A DNA stretch of 64,000 bases from Bacteroidia bacterium (GTDB taxonomy: Bacteria > Bacteroidota > Bacteroidia > NS11-12g > UBA955), in NCBI GenBank assembly GCA_041690035.1, contig JBDNFC010000081.1:3586-67585 (forward strand), given 5' to 3'. Made by a program: the position numbers and the translations under genes. This document shows positions 57,966-64,000 of the stretch, in pieces. The notes below the pieces were generated by a model, which saw only the letters and a list, made by a program, of their open reading frames with translations, made no database searches and was not told the DNA's origin. The number at the start of each line of letters is the position of its first letter. Position 1 is the stretch's first letter.

Positions 57966-58210
57966 ATCAGTTTTTTTAACTTTCTATTTTTTGCTACAAA
58001 TTAACACAATAACAACCCATTGTGTTTTTTTATTTATACTCATTGCAATCATATTTATCTAAAAACTTGTTATTTCAGGTAAAACAAAGCTATTTTTTTA
58101 TGAATGTTCCATTTATGTTGCAATATACAGCCTGGTTTTTTATATAACTATTCAAATACTAAAAAGATAATAAGCCCGTTTATAATATATACAGAATTAA
58201 AAAATTAACT

Positions 58211-59773
58211 TTGCACAATATGGAAAAAACAACAATACTATGGGTGGATGATGAGATAGATTTATTAATGCCCCATATTATTTTTTTAGAAAATAAAGGA
58301 TATCAAGTGCTCAAAGTTAATAATGGCCATGATGCACTAGAAATGTGCAATGCCCAAGACCTAGATCTAGTGTTATTGGACGAAAACATGCCAGGACTTA
58401 GCGGATTAGAAACCCTGCTTCAGCTAAAAGACATTAAACCAGACTTGCCAGTGGTAATGATTACAAAAAATGAGGAAGAGCATATTATGGAAGAAGCCAT
58501 AGGTTCAAAAATTAGTGATTATTTGATAAAACCGGTAAACCCAAACCAAATATTACATTCAATAAAAAAAATACTAGATAAAGGACGCATATTTACAGAA
58601 AAAGCCACCTCTAGGTATATGCAAGAGTTTAGAAACATCAGTATGCAACTAATGGACAATATGAGCATAGAAGAGTGGATGAGTATATATAAAAAACTTA
58701 CATATTGGTCGTTAGAGATAGAAAACACTAAAGAAGAGGGATTAAAAAGTATTTGGGAAACTCAAATGGTAGAAGCCAATGCTAATTTTTCGAAATTTAT
58801 AGAAAAAAACTATTCTAATATGTTATCTAAAACAGGTGACGATCAAATGGTGATGAGCCATGACCTATTGCGTAGAAATGTGATACCACTTGTTGAAGAA
58901 AAACCTGTTTTCTTTATTTTGATAGATAACTTACGCTACGACCAATGGAAAACACTAGCACCATTGATAGCAGAAAAATTTAAAATCACTAAAGACGATC
59001 TTTACCTTAGCACGCTACCCACAACGACTCAATATTGTAGAAATAGTATTTTTAGTGGCCTGCTTCCTAGTGATATTTATAAGCGTTTTCCAGATAAATG
59101 GAGTTTTGATGAGGATGAGGGAGGAAAAAACAATTTTGAAGACTTCTTTTTAGAAGATTTACTGAAAAGATTGCGCTTTGATAAAAAATTTAGTTATCAA
59201 AAAATTGTTAAACTGCATCAGGCAAAAGAGATGTCAGAAAATATTCATAATTTATTTACCAATCAATTAAATGTAATTGTCTATAATTTTGTGGATGCCC
59301 TCTCTCATGCCCGCACTGACAGCCATGTAATCAGAGAATTGGCGGAGGATGAGTCTGCCTATCGCAGCCTTACGCTGAGTTGGTTTAAACATTCTCCTTT
59401 GTGGGATACCCTACAATCTCTATCAGAAAAAGCATGCAGGGTTATTATTACCACAGATCATGGATCTGTTAAAGTAAAGGAAGCAAGGAAAATAGTTGGA
59501 GACAAAAACACCACAACCAATCTAAGGTATAAGCAAGGAAAAAGCCTTAGCTATAACCCAAAAGAAGTTTATGAAATAAAAAATCCAGACTTAGTGCACT
59601 TGCCTAAAAGCAATATGAGCACTTCTTACGTTTTTGCTAAAAACAATGATTTTTTTGCATACCCAAATAATTATAATCATTATGTAAATTATTATAAAAA
59701 CACATTGCAGCACGGGGGTATTTCGCTTGAAGAGATGTTGATTCCATTTATAATTCTAGATACCAATAGTTAA
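58211..59773 (+). CDS. porX: PorX-type response regulator (receiver + PglZ/alkaline-phosphatase-like domain), T9SS regulator
   Basis: N-terminal CheY-like receiver (ILWVDDEIDLL...VLLDENMPGLSG). About 400-aa PglZ-family domain. 520 aa, as in PorX. Followed by tsaE as in other Flavobacteriia. Confidence 0.7.
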   Translation: MHNMEKTTILWVDDEIDLLMPHIIFLENKGYQVLKVNNGHDALEMCNAQDLDLVLLDENMPGLSGLETLLQLKDIKPDLPVVMITKNEEEHIMEEAIGSKISDYLIKPVNPNQILHSIKKILDKGRIFTEKATSRYMQEFRNISMQLMDNMSIEEWMSIYKKLTYWSLEIENTKEEGLKSIWETQMVEANANFSKFIEKNYSNMLSKTGDDQMVMSHDLLRRNVIPLVEEKPVFFILIDNLRYDQWKTLAPLIAEKFKITKDDLYLSTLPTTTQYCRNSIFSGLLPSDIYKRFPDKWSFDEDEGGKNNFEDFFLEDLLKRLRFDKKFSYQKIVKLHQAKEMSENIHNLFTNQLNVIVYNFVDALSHARTDSHVIRELAEDESAYRSLTLSWFKHSPLWDTLQSLSEKACRVIITTDHGSVKVKEARKIVGDKNTTTNLRYKQGKSLSYNPKEVYEIKNPDLVHLPKSNMSTSYVFAKNNDFFAYPNNYNHYVNYYKNTLQHGGISLEEMLIPFIILDTNS

Positions 59774-59782
59774 ATAAAAACT

Positions 59783-60193
59783 ATGTTTAAGGCGGTATAT
59801 AATATTGAAAATATAGATGCTATTGCTAAACAAATTATTGAAAAAATTGATAAGAACTTAGTGCTTTTTAATGCAGAAATGGGGGCTGGCAAAACAACTT
59901 TAATTAAAGCTTTATGCAAGCAATTGGGGGCAAAGGGTACAATGTCGAGCCCTAGTTTTAGTATTGTAAATGAATATTTTTTGACCTCAAATAAACTAAT
60001 ATATCACTTTGATTTTTATAGAATCAATGACCCATCAGAACTTTTTGAAATAGGAATTGATGATTATATTAGTTCGAAACATTTATGTTTTATTGAGTGG
60101 CCCAATATTGCAAAAGATTTTTTACCCAAAGATGCTCATACCCTTTGCATCAATATATTAGATGAAAAAAGCAGAGAACTAATTTTTTTATAA
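59783..60193 (+). CDS. tsaE: tRNA threonylcarbamoyladenosine biosynthesis protein TsaE
   Basis: Walker A NAEMGAGKTTLIKALC. YjeE family size. Confidence 0.8.
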   Translation: MFKAVYNIENIDAIAKQIIEKIDKNLVLFNAEMGAGKTTLIKALCKQLGAKGTMSSPSFSIVNEYFLTSNKLIYHFDFYRINDPSELFEIGIDDYISSKHLCFIEWPNIAKDFLPKDAHTLCINILDEKSRELIFL

Positions 60194-60349
60194 AAGTAAA
60201 ATAGTAGTTAGAACAGAACAATTGAGTTATCCTAAATTAGATTTATAGTAAATTGTAAACTATACTTAGGATAAAATAAAAAGTGTAATCTTTTTTCAGG
60301 ACTGTAATTTATAATTTTGCCAATAACAACCAAGCACTTTACTTTTAAA

Positions 60350-62635
60350 TTATTGCTTAATCACTTTCACTACCAAATCTTGGTATCCTTGGGTTACAAT
60401 TTTTACTAGGTAGATTCCATTAGCATAATTTGCTAAATCTACATTTTCAATTCCTGATTGATTAATAAATTTAAAAATAGTTTTACCAGTTATATCTAGT
60501 ACTTCTATGTTATTTTGTTTGTCAGTAGGTAAATTATCAATAATAAATACTCCCGTATTTGGATTAGGATACACTTTAGCATTTATTTTTTTAGCCCAAA
60601 TTTTCGGCACATCAACTGCAAAAACTCTTGCCTTACCCGAAAGGTAATAAAAACCACCCGAACCAGTGCCAACAAGCACATCGGCTATAGAATCGCCATC
60701 TAAATCAGCCGCAGCAATGCTTGTGTTTCTTCCAAAATTAAAATTGCGTATTGTATCTTTAGTGATGCTATTATAAAAGTTAATGAAGTCATTAAATCGT
60801 TCAAAAGTATCTGTTAGCAAATTGGTAGGTTTCCAAGCAAATATTTCGCCATGAATAGAACCTGAGATAATTTCTTTCTTTCCATCCCCGTTTAAATCTA
60901 CAGCAAGCGGGGTGCTTCTGCCAATATCTGTTAAGCTAGGCGGATTGGTAGTTGTGCGAAATTCACAACTATTCATATTTCCAAAAGTATCTTTAACAAG
61001 GGTAAAATTTGGCAAAGAATTGGTGCCAGTGTTTTTAAAAAGCATCATCAAACCATCGTTCGACCCCACAATTAAATCCGTTTTACCATCATTGTCATAG
61101 TCCCAAAATGTGGGAGAAATAAATTTTTTATGACTTGGCAGATTTGTAACAATATTAGCAGTTAAAAACAATGGATTATTGATATCATTATTGCTAAATT
61201 TAAAAGTTTTGATAGTTCCATCGCTCAATCCAAAATAAAACTCGCATACACCATTGCCATCCATATCATGTATTGCTAACCTGCTGTTACGCATTCTAAA
61301 ATTTCCTAGATTGCCAAAATTAGTGCTAGTGAGTTTAAAATCTGCCTCTTTTCTAGTTCCATTATTTTTATATAAAAGCATGGCATCTGCAGAATCTCCA
61401 GTCTGAGAAAAATCGCCTGCATAGGCTACAAATAAGTCTTGATCACCATCATTGTCATAATCATAAAAAACTGGCGAAACTATTCCGCCAAAGTCTATAC
61501 TCTGTTGCATTAAAAAATTATTGCTATGGTATTGAAAAAGCGGTGAATCTACCTTGTTTTTGTTGAGATAAAGCATGTATTGTTCCGCATTTTTTATGCC
61601 ATAATCCGGATTTGATGCAGGAGTTACAATCAAATCTTTTATCCCATCAGCATCTATATCTGCATAGCTTGCCATAGGAAATGTTTTAATTTTTGCTTGT
61701 ACAGTATTTCTTGGAAATATGCTGTCCCACCTTATTATGGTATCATAATTTGCTTGGTAATCAGTGTAGCCATTTTCTAGCATTAATAAATTATCAAAAC
61801 CATTATTTCCCATTAATATTTCTTTATCTCCATCTCTATTTAAGTCTATAAAAAATATGCTTGTACCACCACTATGCCTTCTTACATAATATTTGGGAAG
61901 CTTGCAGGTATTCATGTTTATTACATTTTCTCTGCCTTCTGTAAAATAACCTAAACATAATTCGCTTAAATGTAAATCCATAGAATCTTTTGGCAACCCT
62001 GATTCTACTTGCCTATTTTGATAAAATTCTAAATTGCCACCTGTAGGGCTAAGGGACACAAAATCAATATCACCATCACCATCAATATCATCAAAAGCAT
62101 GAATGTGCTGAACAGGATTGCCAACAGTATTTTTTTGAAATGGACCAAGCGCTTGATAATGTCTAAATAATAGGTTGCCCCTGCTTTCAAACTCTATTTT
62201 AGGCAATTCTGCCCCTTTATTTCTATAAAATAACATTCTGTTCATATCTTGCGAACCACATAAAACATCTGGCCATCCGTCTCTGTCTACATCTACCACA
62301 TAATAATTATGCCTTCCTTTTGGAAAAAACACTTCAAATTCTGGACTATACCTATATTTTGTATTTTCGCCACTGTCTTTTATAAAAGTCAATATTCTTT
62401 GACTATATTTATCAAAAACTACTAAGTCTAGCTTTCCATCATTGTCTAAATTCATGTTAAAAAAACGTGGACTTTCAGCACCGCCTGTAAAAGGGTCTTT
62501 AACTTTTTGACTGTCTAAACCTCTAATTATTAGCGAATCGGATAAGAATAGTTTTAACTCTGCTTGCCCAAAAAGCTGCATGCTCATGGTTAATAATATT
62601 AGTGAACCTAAAATATTGTGTAATTTTGTTTGCAT
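60350..62635 (-). CDS. FG-GAP/VCBS repeat protein with T9SS C-terminal sorting domain
   Basis: At least nine D-x-D/N-x-D-G Ca-binding FG-GAP-type repeats (DVDRDGWPDV, DIDGDGDIDF, DYDNDGDQDL ...). C-terminal CTD (KVYPNPNTGVF...LDITGKTI...NGIYLVKI). Confidence 0.7.
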   Translation of the reverse strand: MQTKLHNILGSLILLTMSMQLFGQAELKLFLSDSLIIRGLDSQKVKDPFTGGAESPRFFNMNLDNDGKLDLVVFDKYSQRILTFIKDSGENTKYRYSPEFEVFFPKGRHNYYVVDVDRDGWPDVLCGSQDMNRMLFYRNKGAELPKIEFESRGNLLFRHYQALGPFQKNTVGNPVQHIHAFDDIDGDGDIDFVSLSPTGGNLEFYQNRQVESGLPKDSMDLHLSELCLGYFTEGRENVINMNTCKLPKYYVRRHSGGTSIFFIDLNRDGDKEILMGNNGFDNLLMLENGYTDYQANYDTIIRWDSIFPRNTVQAKIKTFPMASYADIDADGIKDLIVTPASNPDYGIKNAEQYMLYLNKNKVDSPLFQYHSNNFLMQQSIDFGGIVSPVFYDYDNDGDQDLFVAYAGDFSQTGDSADAMLLYKNNGTRKEADFKLTSTNFGNLGNFRMRNSRLAIHDMDGNGVCEFYFGLSDGTIKTFKFSNNDINNPLFLTANIVTNLPSHKKFISPTFWDYDNDGKTDLIVGSNDGLMMLFKNTGTNSLPNFTLVKDTFGNMNSCEFRTTTNPPSLTDIGRSTPLAVDLNGDGKKEIISGSIHGEIFAWKPTNLLTDTFERFNDFINFYNSITKDTIRNFNFGRNTSIAAADLDGDSIADVLVGTGSGGFYYLSGKARVFAVDVPKIWAKKINAKVYPNPNTGVFIIDNLPTDKQNNIEVLDITGKTIFKFINQSGIENVDLANYANGIYLVKIVTQGYQDLVVKVIKQ

Positions 62636-62705
62636 AATTTTGTCTCAAAAATAACTTTTTTTATTGTATATAACAATTTATTTATCACTTTTGTTGCCTT
62701 ATAAA

Positions 62706-64000
62706 ATGATAGATATAACTTTTCTTTACAAAAAATACGTAGAGGCTAATTTAACAATTTGCACAGATACTCGAAAAATTGAACAAAACTCCCTTTTTTT
62801 CTGCCTTCAAGGGGCAAATTATGATGCCAATACTTTTGCAGAACAAGCATTGGCTCAAGGAGCAAAAACAGTTGTTACACAAAGAAAAGAATTAGAAAAT
62901 GTTAAAGGATATTATTATGCAGAAGACAGCTTAAAAATGCTTCAACAATTAGCCCTGCATCATAGAAGGATGTTTAATATACCAATTATAGCAATTGGAG
63001 GCAGTAACGGTAAAACCACTACTAAAGAATTATTGACCAATCTGATGCAGCAACATTTTACTTTGTTATCAACCCCTGGTAATTTTAATAATCACATAGG
63101 TGTGCCGCTAACATTGCTGCAACTAAGACCAACACATCAATTTGCAATTATTGAAATGGGAATTAATCATGCCAATGAAATGACTGAATTATGCAATATT
63201 GCTGAACCCACTGCAGGCTTACTTACAAATATTGGCAAAGAACACTTAGAAGGTTTAGGGAGTATAGAAGGTGTAGCAAAAGCAGAAGGCGAATTATTTG
63301 AATATTTGCAACAAAAAAATGGACAGATATTTGTAAACTATGATGATGAATGGTTGAAAAAAATGAGTATTGGAATAAAAGCACATTTTTCTTATGCCCA
63401 AAAAGATAAAGATGCTGATAGACTTTTTATACCACAGCAATTAAACCCTAATATTAAATTCCAATTTGAGCATTTAGGCATTGAAAGCGCGTTAAACGGT
63501 GATTACAATTTTGCTAATATTATTACAGCAATTACTGTAGCAAATTTTTATGGAATTGAAGCATCAGCAATAAAAAAAGGAATTGAAAATTATGTACCCA
63601 ACAATTTACGATCTCAGTGGAAAAAGACAGAAAAAAACCTCTTACTTATTGATTGCTATAATGCAAACCCAACAAGTATGGAGTTAGCTATTAAGAATTT
63701 TGCAGCAACAAGTAATTTTGCAAAAACCTATATTGTTGGTGACATGTTAGAAATGGGTACCTATGCTGATGAGGAGCATAAAGGAATACTCAACTTATTA
63801 AAAAAATTGATGACCGAAGCTGATAAAGTAATTTGCATTGGATCAATTTTTAGCCAATTTAGCCAACTATATCCTTTTAGTTTTTATAACAATGTAGGCC
63901 AATTGATAGAAACCCTGCCCATTAGCCCAATTTTAAATCAAACAGTACTTATAAAAGCTTCAAGAGGCACCCAATTAGATAAAATAATAAACTTACTTTA
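62706..64000 (+). CDS. murF: UDP-N-acetylmuramoyl-tripeptide--D-alanyl-D-alanine ligase (3-prime end truncated by window edge)
   Basis: ATG at 62706. LFFCLQGANYDANTF, IIAIGGSNGKTTTKE (P-loop), DCYNANPTSM. Reads through to position 64000. Confidence 0.8.
   Translation, partial: MIDITFLYKKYVEANLTICTDTRKIEQNSLFFCLQGANYDANTFAEQALAQGAKTVVTQRKELENVKGYYYAEDSLKMLQQLALHHRRMFNIPIIAIGGSNGKTTTKELLTNLMQQHFTLLSTPGNFNNHIGVPLTLLQLRPTHQFAIIEMGINHANEMTELCNIAEPTAGLLTNIGKEHLEGLGSIEGVAKAEGELFEYLQQKNGQIFVNYDDEWLKKMSIGIKAHFSYAQKDKDADRLFIPQQLNPNIKFQFEHLGIESALNGDYNFANIITAITVANFYGIEASAIKKGIENYVPNNLRSQWKKTEKNLLLIDCYNANPTSMELAIKNFAATSNFAKTYIVGDMLEMGTYADEEHKGILNLLKKLMTEADKVICIGSIFSQFSQLYPFSFYNNVGQLIETLPISPILNQTVLIKASRGTQLDKIINLL

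Noticed and set aside
60194-60349. TATCCTAA...TTAGGATA inverted repeat between tsaE and the FG-GAP gene as a terminator
   Set aside because: Arms are separated by about 30 nt of AT-rich loop, so the hairpin would be weak. Possibly a binding site, but not a convincing intrinsic terminator.
1-64000. CRISPR arrays, integrases, transposases, phage or restriction-modification genes
   Set aside because: No direct-repeat/spacer periodicity seen anywhere. No ORF with integrase/transposase/DDE or methylase motifs. The window looks like core chromosome.

Overview
AT-rich (about 30% GC) chromosomal segment from a Bacteroidetes genome, probably a Flavobacteriia-like photoheterotroph, with dense housekeeping content and no obvious mobile DNA or CRISPR. 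Evidence for the lineage: proteorhodopsin, the bshC bacillithiol gene, DUF1599/DoxX/DUF4295 synteny, TAnnTTTG-type promoters, many T9SS C-terminal sorting domains and a PorX-type regulator. Recognisable genes include thrS-infC-rpmI-rplT, rpmB-rpmG-DUF4295, ftsY-rimO-bshC, tig, thyA-prmA, folP, aroQ, aroK, hup, dinB, murF (partial), a tRNA with CAU anticodon and several rho-independent terminators. Main points of interest: (1) a green-type proteorhodopsin immediately followed by a single 670-aa ORF that fuses a CrtY-type lycopene cyclase to a Blh beta-carotene 15,15'-dioxygenase, a one-polypeptide lycopene-to-retinal module. (2) An unannotated GC-rich, about 91-nt hairpin RNA with a U-tail in a 700-bp intergenic gap; it carries the SRP-RNA domain-IV signature CAGG-nnn-GGAA-nnn-AGCA with covarying loop-closing pairs and is probably ffs (4.5S RNA). 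(3) A tightly overlapping minus-strand operon PASTA-domain protein / T9SS-sorted 644-aa protein / rhodanese / 7-heme c-type cytochrome with TPR tail, an odd redox-secretion combination in a rhodopsin phototroph. (4) A Cys-rich 71-aa single-TM protein (NqrM-like) facing an ApbE flavin transferase and HI0933-type flavoprotein pair. (5) Several smaller oddities: aroQ whose conserved N-terminus lies upstream of any canonical start, an orphan T9SS-CTD fragment, a G10 tract and repeat motifs in the rhodopsin promoter region, and a 14-mer shared by the tRNA and rpmB promoters.
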